Shown in pieces: positions 28,979 through 37,887 of a DNA stretch of 41,022 nt. Position 1 is the first letter of the stretch. Each line of letters starts with the position of its first letter. Under the pieces are notes generated by a model. It was not told the DNA's origin, did no database searches, and saw only the letters and a list, made by a program, of their open reading frames with translations. The stretch covers positions 1 through 41,022 of the forward strand of contig JAZDPL010000035.1 of assembly GCA_043797665.1 (NCBI GenBank), given 5' to 3'. Made by a program: the position numbers and the translations under genes. This stretch comes from Candidatus Omnitrophota bacterium (GTDB taxonomy: Bacteria; Ratteibacteria; UBA8468; MWAK01).

Positions 28979-29066
28979 TGTCATTCCTGCGCAAGCAGGA
29001 ATCCATCCCTGCTTACTGCATGCAGGGACAGGCCTGGATTCCCGCTTTATGCCTGCGGGAATGACA
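28979..29066. repeat. TGTCATTCC-type REP doublet with a nested 23-bp module
   Basis: TGTCATTCCTGCGCAAGCAGGAATCC..GGATTCCCGC..GCGGGAATGACA with TCCCTGCTTACTGCATGCAGGGA at 29006-29028. Confidence 0.88.
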
Positions 29067-29090
29067 AATAAGCTTCGGGTTTCTTCCCCA

Positions 29091-29891
29091 ATGCTCCTAC
29101 AAAAAAAACTGCACAGATTAATCCGAATCTTAAGGAAAATGCAAGGTGTGGTGGTTGCTTTCTCCGGCGGTGTTGACAGTACCCTGCTTTTAAAAATAGC
29201 CTCCGATGTATTAGGAAAAGATAAAGTCCTGGCGGTTACCGCGGTAAGCGACACCTACCCGAAAGAAGAACTGAAATCTGCACGGAATCTCGCCGGATTT
29301 TTAGGAGTAAACCTCCGCCTGGTGAAAACAAAAGAATGGGAAAATAAAAAGTTCCGTTCCAACCCTCCAAACCGCTGTTATTATTGCAAAAGAGAACTAT
29401 TTACCACCCTGAAGAAGATTGCCGAAAAAGAGAAACTGGACTGGTCTGCCGACGGCACGACCAAGAGCGATGAGGCTGACTTCCGGCCGGGAAATCTGGC
29501 GGGCAAGGAATTGGGTGTCCGCCAGCCCCTTCTGGAGGCGGGGTTTACTAAAGAAGAAGTTCGTACCCTCTCCCGAAAATTCCGTCTGCCCACCGCGGAC
29601 AAGCCGGCGGCCGCCTGTTTAGCCAGTCGAATCCCTTACCACACCCCTCTGACGCAAGAGAAGGTCAGGATGGTGGAGAAAGGTGAGGCTTTTTTTAGAA
29701 AACAGGGGATTACCGGAAATATCCGGCTCCGCCATCACGGTGCGCTTGCCCGGATTGAAATAGATGCGGAAGCGTTTCCGAAACTCCTGACAAAACGGGA
29801 AGAGATTAGCCGATACTTGAAACGCTTAGGGTTCACCTTCATTGCCCTTGACTTAGAAGGATACCGGACCGGCAGCCTCAATCCGAAATAG
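29091..29891 (+). CDS. larE: LarE-family ATP-dependent sulfur transferase
   Basis: PP-loop SGGVDS, RCYYCK, DFRPG, AACLASRIPY, RLRHH, GYRTGS; start at ATG 29091. Confidence 0.92.
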   Translation: MLLQKKLHRLIRILRKMQGVVVAFSGGVDSTLLLKIASDVLGKDKVLAVTAVSDTYPKEELKSARNLAGFLGVNLRLVKTKEWENKKFRSNPPNRCYYCKRELFTTLKKIAEKEKLDWSADGTTKSDEADFRPGNLAGKELGVRQPLLEAGFTKEEVRTLSRKFRLPTADKPAAACLASRIPYHTPLTQEKVRMVEKGEAFFRKQGITGNIRLRHHGALARIEIDAEAFPKLLTKREEISRYLKRLGFTFIALDLEGYRTGSLNPK

Positions 29892-29912
29892 GGATTGTCC
29901 CTATTTCCCAAT

Positions 29913-29969
29913 GTAGGGGTTCAATTTATTGAACCCGGGAGAAACGGGCTTGATGAATCAAGCCCCTAC
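29913..29969. repeat. GTAG REP doublet
   Basis: GTAGGGGTTCAATTTATTGAACCC..GGGCTTGATGAATCAAGCCCCTAC. Confidence 0.9.
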
Positions 29970-29977
29970 TTATTTTT

Positions 29978-31039
29978 ATGGCCAAGAAGAGGGTGGCGGT
30001 CTTAATGAGCGGCGGGGTTGATTCTTCCGTAGCCGCCTGCCTTTTGAAAGAGGCCGGCTACGAGGTAATCGGTTTTACCCTGCAGTTATGGCCGGCCAGC
30101 AAAGAAAAAGAAATCGGAGGTTGCTGCGGTCTTTCCGCCATCAACGATGCCAAAGCGGTCGCCAAGATTCTGGGAATCCCTCACTATGTCCTGAACTTCC
30201 GGAAAATCTTTGAAAAAGAGGTGATAGAATACTTCTGCCAGACCTACCTCTCCGGTCAGACACCAAACCCCTGCGTGATGTGTAACCGCCGGATTAAGTT
30301 TCTCCATTTCCGGCAAAAAGCACAGGAAATTTCTGCGGACTACATCGCCACCGGCCACTACGCCCGCATCGTCAAATACAAAAGGTCCTACCTCCTGAAA
30401 AAAGGGACCGACCCCAAACGTGACCAGTCCTACTTTCTCTATCACCTTACCCAAAAACAGATGGCTTATACCCTGTTCCCTTTAGGTGCATTGACCAAGG
30501 AAGAGACGCGAAAAAAGGCGCGCTCCTGCGGCTTCCCAAACGCGGAGAAAGAAGGCAGTCAGGAAATCTGCTTCATCCCGGATAACGACTACGGAAGGTT
30601 CATCAGAATGAGGATACCCAGGGCAGAAGAACCCGGCTCTATCTTTAATCAGCAAGGCAAACTCTTAGGCAAACACAAAGGCATCGCCTTTTACACCGTA
30701 GGTCAGCGGGAAGGCCTGGGAATTTCATTTCCCAAGCCGCTTTATGTCCTCCGGATTGACCCTGACCGAAACCGTCTCATCGTCGGCGAAAAAAAGGATG
30801 TTTACCGAAAAGAACTCTTTGCCACCGATATAAACTGGATTGCGGAAAAACCATCTAAACAGATTACCGTAAAAGCACGCATCCGCTACCGGAACCCGGA
30901 GACCCGGGCGACCATCATCCCGCTTGATGAAAACGTTCAGGTAACTCTTGCTAAACCCCAATTTGCCATCACCCCCGGCCAGTCGGTCGTCTTCTACCAA
31001 GGCGAAACCGTCTTAGGCGGCGGCATCATTCAACTATGA
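29978..31039 (+). CDS. mnmA: tRNA 2-thiouridylase
   Basis: MSGGVDSSV, TPNPCVMCN, ATGHYA, DQSYFL, SQEICF, TVGQR, TPGQ. Confidence 0.96.
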   Translation: MAKKRVAVLMSGGVDSSVAACLLKEAGYEVIGFTLQLWPASKEKEIGGCCGLSAINDAKAVAKILGIPHYVLNFRKIFEKEVIEYFCQTYLSGQTPNPCVMCNRRIKFLHFRQKAQEISADYIATGHYARIVKYKRSYLLKKGTDPKRDQSYFLYHLTQKQMAYTLFPLGALTKEETRKKARSCGFPNAEKEGSQEICFIPDNDYGRFIRMRIPRAEEPGSIFNQQGKLLGKHKGIAFYTVGQREGLGISFPKPLYVLRIDPDRNRLIVGEKKDVYRKELFATDINWIAEKPSKQITVKARIRYRNPETRATIIPLDENVQVTLAKPQFAITPGQSVVFYQGETVLGGGIIQL

Positions 31040-31052
31040 TACAATGAAATAG

Positions 31053-32345
31053 ATGGAAGAATATCCGGGTCTGGTGGAAAGGGATTACCGGCGCAACCTG
31101 TTTTCCTTCCTCCTGGTTGAGGTTGCCTGGGGAGTGGGGATGGGCTTTGGAGTCCTTGACGTTACGGTGCCGGCGTACCTCTCCAGCCTGAACGCTCCCA
31201 AAACTCTCATCGGCATCATCCAGTCGGCGGGTATGACCTTTGTCTTCCTGCAACTCTTCAGTTCGTTTTACTTGGGGGGCAAAAACCGAAAACGGAACAG
31301 CGCCCTCCTCTTCATCATCGGTTCTGCCTGTCTGGCTCTGGCCGGCATCATCTGCCTGGTCTGGAAAAAACCGGCCCCTTACTGGCTCAGCGTCTACCTC
31401 TTCTCATTGTTTATCCTGCTCTTCGTCATCATCCTGTCCAGCGCCACCCCTCTCTATTTAGAAATGCTCACCGACAACATTCCCCGGGGAAAAAGGGGAA
31501 ATTACTTTGGAGTTGCCTGGGTAATACTGGGGAGTCTGGGACTTCTTTTCTCCTATGTTGCCGGATTCCTTACTAAATTATTCGGCTCTCCTGCTAACTA
31601 CTACCTCAGGTTTTTAGCCGCGGGTATTCTCTACGCGTCTTCCTGTCTGGCGGTCTTAAAAATTAATGACCATCTCAATCCGGCCCACTCCCGGGAGATT
31701 CAACAACCGGAGTTTCTTTCAGAAACAAAGGCTCTCCTGACCAGGGTACTCCAGAACCATAATTACCGCCTCTTCATCTTTTTTTATACCTTCATCAGCA
31801 TCGCCTTAGCCATCGGTATCTCATTCATCATCCCCTACGGCCGGGATTACTTGTCCGCCAACGAACAGCAGATATCGGTCTTCTTTAAAGTCTGGTTCCT
31901 TACCGCTCTCTTCGGCTGTATACCGCTGGGGAAATTAGGCGACCGGTCCGGTTATAGGGCGGTAGGTATGGTGATGTCAGGGCTGCTGCTTCTGGGCTAT
32001 ATTACCATACTAACTACAAAAAATATCAAATGCCTTCCCATCGCTTATATTCCTTTCTGTCTTGCCACTCAGGCATCTTTGACGTTATTAAATAACCTGG
32101 GTGTGGAGTTCTGCGAGGATATAAAGCCGTCCAGCCTCTTTTCGGTCGGTTCCCTGATTCCGATTCCTTTTGTCTTTGGGATAATAATTCTCTGCGGACA
32201 GATTATTGACATCGCCAAAAACTATCTGGCGGTATTCCTGATTGGAGCGGCCTTCTCCGCAGTGGGGCTGGCCGGGTTCTGGGTGCTCCTGCGGGAACCT
32301 CGTAAAGGCTTACTCTTTGTCATCCAGCCGGTCAACCGCGGGTAA
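31053..32345 (+). CDS. MFS transporter
   Basis: About 12 hydrophobic segments, IP..KRG.YFG, GKLGDRSG; TGaTACAAT 7 nt before the ATG. Confidence 0.8.
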   Translation: MEEYPGLVERDYRRNLFSFLLVEVAWGVGMGFGVLDVTVPAYLSSLNAPKTLIGIIQSAGMTFVFLQLFSSFYLGGKNRKRNSALLFIIGSACLALAGIICLVWKKPAPYWLSVYLFSLFILLFVIILSSATPLYLEMLTDNIPRGKRGNYFGVAWVILGSLGLLFSYVAGFLTKLFGSPANYYLRFLAAGILYASSCLAVLKINDHLNPAHSREIQQPEFLSETKALLTRVLQNHNYRLFIFFYTFISIALAIGISFIIPYGRDYLSANEQQISVFFKVWFLTALFGCIPLGKLGDRSGYRAVGMVMSGLLLLGYITILTTKNIKCLPIAYIPFCLATQASLTLLNNLGVEFCEDIKPSSLFSVGSLIPIPFVFGIIILCGQIIDIAKNYLAVFLIGAAFSAVGLAGFWVLLREPRKGLLFVIQPVNRG

Positions 32346-32348
32346 CCT

Positions 32349-33329
32349 TCAAATCAGGCTGTTCAGTTCGGAGAGGATATCTTTCAGAGACGGGGAGGGA
32401 AACCATGTCCTTCCGGTCAGTTCGTTGCAGAAAGACTGGTAGAGGAAAGCGATTAATTCGGCCAGCCGGGGAGGTAATGACGGAGGAGTACTTTTAACCA
32501 GACCTTTCCAGGAGACACGGTCTCTTTTCTTTGCCTCTTCTACGTCCTGGAACCAGTCGGTCTTGCGATACCAGATTCGGGCGGCCTCTTTACTGACCGG
32601 GATACCATTAAAAGAGAACCGGCATTCGTCCGGCGTACCTAATACATCCACCATCAAGAGCCTCCGGCTCTCATCAAAACCAAACTCCACCTTGCCGTCT
32701 TCATGGAGCAGACCCAACCGGTCAACCTCTTTGGTAATCAAGTCATTGACCAGAAGCGTTATCCTTCGGATATCAGCCAGTTCGCCTTCCGTAAGGTTAG
32801 CAATGGTTCCGGCTTCCTCCCAATCTAAGTGGCGGTCAGTCGCCTCTAATTTTGTGGAAAGGTCCACCACCGGCTTCTCCAACTTCTGACCCGGCCGGGG
32901 CATCTTACTCAAACCTAAACTTTCTATGGTTATCTTGCCTTCCCGCAACCTTTTGAGCAGACTGGAACCTTCCGGCAGATAGTTACGGTAAATAACCTCT
33001 AAAGGGATAAGAAAGTTACCGGTTTCTTTCCGATAAATTGAATAGTCGTAGGCATCGCCTTGCGGAGGTGGCTTAAGGACACGTAACAGCACAACTTCCA
33101 TAATACCATCCTCCACCACGCCCCGGTAGTGGGTTTTTATGCCCATCTCCTCTAACTTTTCAAAGAAATAGGCGCCGATAATGCAGAGGGCTTTACCCTT
33201 GCCGGTGATATGGTCGGGCATCTCGCCCCAGTCAAAGACCGAATAACGGTCAGAAAAGATAAATCTCCCCCGGCCGGTCTTATCTTTGGTGGGTTTTTCT
33301 AAAACCTCCAAATCCTTAACGCTCCCCAT
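32349..33329 (-). CDS. purC: SAICAR synthetase, long form
   Basis: GSVKD, FSDRYSVFDWG, IPLEVIYRN, STKLE, DGKVEFG, DVLGTPDECRF. Confidence 0.93.
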   Translation of the reverse strand: MGSVKDLEVLEKPTKDKTGRGRFIFSDRYSVFDWGEMPDHITGKGKALCIIGAYFFEKLEEMGIKTHYRGVVEDGIMEVVLLRVLKPPPQGDAYDYSIYRKETGNFLIPLEVIYRNYLPEGSSLLKRLREGKITIESLGLSKMPRPGQKLEKPVVDLSTKLEATDRHLDWEEAGTIANLTEGELADIRRITLLVNDLITKEVDRLGLLHEDGKVEFGFDESRRLLMVDVLGTPDECRFSFNGIPVSKEAARIWYRKTDWFQDVEEAKKRDRVSWKGLVKSTPPSLPPRLAELIAFLYQSFCNELTGRTWFPSPSLKDILSELNSLI

Positions 33330-33444
33330 ATCCCTAAAAAGTATATCACACCCCCGCTTCTTTTAACAATCAAACCGCCAGTTCCAAAACTAAGGTTAAG
33401 GTTATGGATATTGCCCGGAAATTGGGTTATATCCCGGATATAGT

Positions 33445-33666
33445 TCAGGGAAGGTTTTTGAATTCTTCGGGAGTAATATTAACCGTACGGAGGATGGAGC
33501 GCAATGTACCACGGTCTACTTCGTGATGTGCCGGAACGGTTACCGGAAGACGATATGGGTGATAAAGCCTTATGTGGCTACCTCTCTGTTTCCGCACATA
33601 ATAGCCGATTCGCTGGAGGGCATTTACAATTTCCTGGCCGGATAATAAAGGAAGGACTTCCTTCAT
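33445..33666 (-). CDS. hicA: HicA toxin (mRNA interferase)
   Basis: LQRIGY..QRGSH, VTVPAH, GTLRSIL. Confidence 0.92.
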   Translation of the reverse strand: MKEVLPLLSGQEIVNALQRIGYYVRKQRGSHIRLYHPYRLPVTVPAHHEVDRGTLRSILRTVNITPEEFKNLP

Positions 33667-33878
33667 GCATTAACGAATATTTCCGCCACCCTGGTTACAT
33701 CTTCAGGAATTTTTGCGTGGTCTTCTTTATAACACTCCAGACACAGGGCTATCGCCTCTTTTATATTCTTCTCCGCCTCTTCCATCGTCTTACCCTGAGA
33801 GATACAACCAGGAATCGCCGGACACTCAGCGACGATATATCCATCTTCCCCTTTAAAAAAGATTACCTTGTACTTCAT
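33663..33878 (-). CDS. hicB: HicB antitoxin, short form without DNA-binding domain
   Basis: EDGYIVAECPAIPGCISQGKTMEEA..NIKEAI. Confidence 0.92.
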   Translation of the reverse strand: MKYKVIFFKGEDGYIVAECPAIPGCISQGKTMEEAEKNIKEAIALCLECYKEDHAKIPEDVTRVAEIFVNA

Positions 33879-33962
33879 AATGATTCACCTCGTTCTTGAT
33901 AATACAACAAAAATCGGATAAAAGTCAAAATGTTATTTAGACAAACTTCTATTTTCAGGTCC

Positions 33963-33992
33963 TTGACAAAGTATACCCATTAGTGTATACTT
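33963..33992 (+). promoter_or_regulatory. phd-relE promoter with a palindromic operator
   Basis: TTGACA-17 bp-TATACT; inverted repeat AAGTATAC-N8-GTATACTT (33969-33992); SD AGGAGGTG follows. Confidence 0.8.
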
Positions 33993-34013
33993 AATCTCAG
34001 GAGGTGAGTTTAT

Positions 34014-34292
34014 ATGGTTAACACCATTTCCTTGAAAGAACTGCGGCCGGAATTACCGGGGGTGATAAGGGATATAGACATCAGGTTAGACCGCTTCATT
34101 ATTACTAAAAGAGGCAAACCCACGGCCATAATGATGAGCCTGGACGATTATGAAGGCCTCTTGGAGACAATAGAAATTCTTTCCGATAAAGAGGCGATAA
34201 AAAGAATTAAAAAGGCAAAGCAGCAAATTAAAGAAGGCAAGATTATATCCCTGAAAGAATTGCGTCGTAAAATTGAAAAGGTGGATGTATAA
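34014..34292 (+). CDS. Phd/YefM antitoxin
   Basis: ITKRGKPTAIMMSLDDYEGLLETIEILSD. Confidence 0.92.
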   Translation: MVNTISLKELRPELPGVIRDIDIRLDRFIITKRGKPTAIMMSLDDYEGLLETIEILSDKEAIKRIKKAKQQIKEGKIISLKELRRKIEKVDV

Positions 34293-34545
34293 AATAACCT
34301 TTTCCAATCTGGCAGCAAAAGAATTAGAGGAAATTTACCGGATAGATAAAAAACTATATTCTCGGCTTGTTGCTGCCATAGAAACTCTGGAGATAAATCC
34401 TTATCAAGGGAAACGGCTGAAAGGTAAACTCGCCGGAGACTATTCATTACGCACGGGTAATTATCGTATCATCTATACCATCTATAAAAATACGTTGGTG
34501 GTATGCATCATTGACTTAGGCCATAGAAAAAATATATACCGGTGA
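34285..34545 (+). CDS. relE: RelE/ParE-family toxin
   Basis: YKITFS..A.KEL, GKRLKG.L, YSLRTGNYRIIY, GHRKNIY; start at ATG 34285, overlapping the antitoxin stop. Confidence 0.9.
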   Translation: MYKITFSNLAAKELEEIYRIDKKLYSRLVAAIETLEINPYQGKRLKGKLAGDYSLRTGNYRIIYTIYKNTLVVCIIDLGHRKNIYR

Positions 34546-34547
34546 AA

Positions 34548-34597
34548 GTAGGGGTTCGATTTATCGAACCCGCGGGTCGGATGAATCCGACCCCTAC
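34548..34597. repeat. 50-bp GTAG REP doublet
   Basis: GTAGGGGTTCGATTTATCGAACCCGCGGGTCGGATGAATCCGACCCCTAC. Confidence 0.9.
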
Positions 34598-34645
34598 TAT
34601 TCTTTTGACCGGCGGAAGAAAAATATGGTATAAAGTAATTAAACT

Positions 34646-35221
34646 ATGGTAAAAAAGAAGAAGGTGCTTTTGGGGGTTACCGGAAGTATCGCGGCTTTCA
34701 AGTCGGCGGCTTTAACTTCCCGGCTGGTCAAAAAAGGCTGTCAGGTTAAGGTGGTGATGACCGAAGAGGCAACCCATTTCGTAACACCCCTTACCTTCCA
34801 GACCCTGTCCGGCAATCCGGTCTATCTAAAGATGTTCGGGGAGAACATTACCCCGGGTAATCTGATTACCCCGGAGATTGAACATATCAGTCTGGCAGAA
34901 TGGCCGGATATCATTCTGGTCTGCCCGGCAACCGCCAACATCATCTCCAAGGTGGCTTGCGGTCTGGCGGATGACCTCCTCTCGACTACCATCCTTACCA
35001 CCCGGAAACCGGTGGTTTTCGTTCCGGCAATGAATGCCGGAATGTGGCAGAACCCGATTCTCCGGAAAAGGGTTCAGGAACTGGAAGACCTGGGCTATAA
35101 GTTCATCGGGCCGGTCAAAGGCAGGTTAGCCTGCCGGAAGGAAGGCGTGGGCAGGATGGTTGAGGTGGAAACAGTGGTTAAGGAACTCACCCGAACATTT
35201 TGTCATCCTGAACGGATGTGA
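34646..35221 (+). CDS. coaC: Phosphopantothenoylcysteine decarboxylase, CoaC domain only
   Basis: GVTGSIAAFK, HISLA, PATAN, GLADD, PAMN..MW, G.LAC..G.GRM; ends inside a REP. Confidence 0.88.
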   Translation: MVKKKKVLLGVTGSIAAFKSAALTSRLVKKGCQVKVVMTEEATHFVTPLTFQTLSGNPVYLKMFGENITPGNLITPEIEHISLAEWPDIILVCPATANIISKVACGLADDLLSTTILTTRKPVVFVPAMNAGMWQNPILRKRVQELEDLGYKFIGPVKGRLACRKEGVGRMVEVETVVKELTRTFCHPERM

Positions 35222-35257
35222 AGGATCTATAGATTCTTCGCTCCGCTCAGAATGACA
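35201..35257. repeat. TGTCATTCTGA-type REP doublet
   Basis: TGTCATCCTGAACGGATGTGAAGGATCT-AT-AGATTCTTCGCTCCGCTCAGAATGACA. Confidence 0.88.
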
Positions 35258-35266
35258 TTTTTTAAT

Positions 35267-36460
35267 ATGGGATATTTTTTGACAAAACCGGTGGATTTTA
35301 AGAAACATAACGAAGAGTCTAAACGACTCTGGGAGGCGTACCATAACCGTAAGCCCTACCGAATTCCGGTTGCGGTTGCCGGGAGTATCCGGAACCTCTT
35401 CAGTAATCCGGAGGTGAATAAGACCGGTTATAATTTTGAAGACTTTTTCAAAAACCCCCAGGCACAGATTGAGTGCCAGTTAGCCTTCCAAAAATGGTGG
35501 CGGTATAACATTATTTGCGACAACGAGATGGGTCCACCGGAAAGCGGCTGGCAGATCAACGTTGATTTTCAGAACTCTTATGAGGCGGGCTGGTTCGGTT
35601 GCCTTCTCCGTTACTTCGGAGACGGTGTGCCGGATACGGTGGAAATACTGAAAGAGGAAAAGCGGAAACTCTATGACTTAGAGCCACCCGACCCTTTACG
35701 AGGAAACCTTTTAGGCCGGGCGATGGAGTTCTTTGAATATATGCAAACCCAATGCCCCAAAATGGAGTTTGAAGGCTTGCCGGTAAAACCGCCGGGTACC
35801 ATTCCCGGTGAAGGGACCGATGGCCCTTTTGACGTGGCTTATAAACTCCGGGGAGCGACAGAGGTCTGCCTGGATATGTACGAAGACCCAAAATATTACC
35901 ATGACCTGATGACTTTTGTTACGGAAAATGCCATCCGCCGGATGAAGGCGCTCAGAGAATGGCGCTGGTCTCGCACTCCGGATGCTCCGGATAAAGGTAA
36001 GTTTAAAGTGGCAAATTTTGGCTTTGCCGATGATGCTATCGCTATGCTTTCTACCAAAACGTATCAGGAATTTGTCTTTCCGTACCACAAGAAGTTGGTG
36101 GAAGAGTTCAGCGACGGAGGTCCGGTCAGCATTCACCTGTGCGGTAACTCTACCCGGCATTTCAAGTTTTTAAAGGATAATTTACGGGTAAATTCATTTG
36201 ATACCGGCTTTCCGGTAGATTTCGGGAAAATCCGGAAGGAATTGGGACCAGACGTCCAGATATATGGCGGTCCGACTATTATGCTTTTAAAAAATGGAAC
36301 GCCGGAGGATGTGCGGAAGGAAGTAGCCAGAATCTGCCAGTCCGGGATTATGGAAGGCGGCAGGTTTGTTCTGAGAGAAGGCAACAACTTAGCGCCCGGT
36401 ACACCGGTAGAAAATGTTTCGGCGATGTACGAAGCCGGGAAGGAATTCGGGAGATACTAA
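35267..36460 (+). CDS. Uroporphyrinogen decarboxylase / MtaA-like TIM-barrel protein
   Basis: GPFDVAYKLRG, FADD..MLS..Y.EFVFPY, IHLCG, GRFVLREGNN..TPVEN; start moved out of the REP to ATG 35267. Confidence 0.82.
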   Translation: MGYFLTKPVDFKKHNEESKRLWEAYHNRKPYRIPVAVAGSIRNLFSNPEVNKTGYNFEDFFKNPQAQIECQLAFQKWWRYNIICDNEMGPPESGWQINVDFQNSYEAGWFGCLLRYFGDGVPDTVEILKEEKRKLYDLEPPDPLRGNLLGRAMEFFEYMQTQCPKMEFEGLPVKPPGTIPGEGTDGPFDVAYKLRGATEVCLDMYEDPKYYHDLMTFVTENAIRRMKALREWRWSRTPDAPDKGKFKVANFGFADDAIAMLSTKTYQEFVFPYHKKLVEEFSDGGPVSIHLCGNSTRHFKFLKDNLRVNSFDTGFPVDFGKIRKELGPDVQIYGGPTIMLLKNGTPEDVRKEVARICQSGIMEGGRFVLREGNNLAPGTPVENVSAMYEAGKEFGRY

Positions 36461-36462
36461 GG

Positions 36463-37836
36463 ATGGGGTTACAGGCATTTTCGTTGGAACCAAAGGTATT
36501 CCCTGCGGTGGAGACGCCTTTCCGCCGGGTCAGGACCAAAATACCGGTACCGGAATCGGTGCCTTTCTTCCGGAAACTCCGGGCTTCTGAACCCCGGTCA
36601 ATGCATTGTGAACCCCCGGTCATCTGGGAAAAAGCCCGCGGGGTTAATGTTTTTGACCCTTACGGAAATAAGTGGCTGGACTGGAGTTGCGGGGTACTGG
36701 TTACCAACGCCGGTCACAACCATCCTAAAATAATCTCTGCGCTCCAGGACTATCTTGAAAAAGGGGGACCGCTCCACTCTTATATCTTTGCCAATCAGGC
36801 CCGGGCTAAATTAGTGGAGAAATTACTCAGTATCGTACCCAGGGAATTAGACCGGGTCTTTCTCCTTACCACCGGCTCGGAGGCGGTGGAGGTGGCGCTC
36901 AAAGTGAGCCGGACCGCCGGCATCAGGCAGAACCCAAAAAAACGTTACGTAATCAGTTTTGAAGGCGGTTTCCACGGCCGGACCTATGCCTCCCAGTTGG
37001 CCGGCGGTGCCTTAGGGGGCGGCGAATGGGTGGACCGGAACCCTTACTTTGTTCCGGTGCCTTTTCCGGGCAGTATTGAAACGAAGGACAAGTCCTTTTC
37101 CCTCTTTGAAAAGAGTCTGCAGGACGCCGGCATCAAACCCGACGAGGTCTCTGCGGTAATTTCCGAGACCTTCCAGGGCAGGGAAGGTAAATTGATGCCG
37201 AAAGAGTACGCAGTATCATTGCGGGAATGGTGTAACCTTTATCAGGCGGCTTTAATCTTTGATGAGGTCCAGGCCGGCTTTGGCCGAACCGGTAAACTAT
37301 TCGGGTTTGAACACTGCGGTGTGGTGCCGGACCTGTTTGTCTGCGGTAAAGGAATATCCAGTTCCTTACCCTTATCTGCAGTCATCGGCAAAAGTACCTA
37401 TTTGGACCTCTATGAACCCGGTGAGATGACCAGTACCCATACCGGCAGCCCTTTACCGGCAGTAGCCGCCTTAGCCAGCATTGAAACCATTTTAGAAGAG
37501 AACCTGGTTGAGAACGCAGACCGGTTAGGAAAGTATTTACGGGAACAACTGAAGAAAATAACCGCTCCTTATCAGAACCGGATTGACGTGGGCGGCTGCG
37601 GCCTGGTAGCCGGTATGCTCTTTTTTCAGGACCGGCAAAGCCTTAAACCAGACCCGGAGAGCGCCTTCCGGTTCTGCGAGTCTGCGGTCGGCAGCGGGAA
37701 CCTTTTCTTCGCACCGGTAGGAAAAGGAAGAGGCACGATAAAATTCTGCCCGCCGCTTTGCATTACCAGGGAGGCAATTGACGACGGTATTTACGGCACC
37801 CGCGGCCTGGCAGAAATTATAAAGGAAGTAATGTAG
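36463..37836 (+). CDS. Class III PLP aminotransferase
   Basis: DPYGNKWLD, GHNHP, TGSEAVE, FHGRT, FDEVQAGFGRTG, PD...GKG. Confidence 0.92.
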   Translation: MGLQAFSLEPKVFPAVETPFRRVRTKIPVPESVPFFRKLRASEPRSMHCEPPVIWEKARGVNVFDPYGNKWLDWSCGVLVTNAGHNHPKIISALQDYLEKGGPLHSYIFANQARAKLVEKLLSIVPRELDRVFLLTTGSEAVEVALKVSRTAGIRQNPKKRYVISFEGGFHGRTYASQLAGGALGGGEWVDRNPYFVPVPFPGSIETKDKSFSLFEKSLQDAGIKPDEVSAVISETFQGREGKLMPKEYAVSLREWCNLYQAALIFDEVQAGFGRTGKLFGFEHCGVVPDLFVCGKGISSSLPLSAVIGKSTYLDLYEPGEMTSTHTGSPLPAVAALASIETILEENLVENADRLGKYLREQLKKITAPYQNRIDVGGCGLVAGMLFFQDRQSLKPDPESAFRFCESAVGSGNLFFAPVGKGRGTIKFCPPLCITREAIDDGIYGTRGLAEIIKEVM

Positions 37837-37884
37837 GGGTCGGATTTATCCGACCCGCGCGGGCGCGATAAATCGCGCCCCTAC
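37833..37884. repeat. GTAG REP doublet supplying the aminotransferase stop codon
   Basis: GTAGGGGTCGGATTTATCCGACCCGCGCGGGCGCGATAAATCGCGCCCCTAC. Confidence 0.9.
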
Positions 37885-37887
37885 TTT

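Noticed and set aside
33385..33445. Weak repeats (TAAGGT x2, CCCGGA x2) downstream of hicA
   Set aside because: Too short and imperfect to call an element end or terminator.
5685..37884. Palindromic repeats as a CRISPR array
   Set aside because: They are dispersed, have no regular repeat-spacer period, and no cas genes are present.
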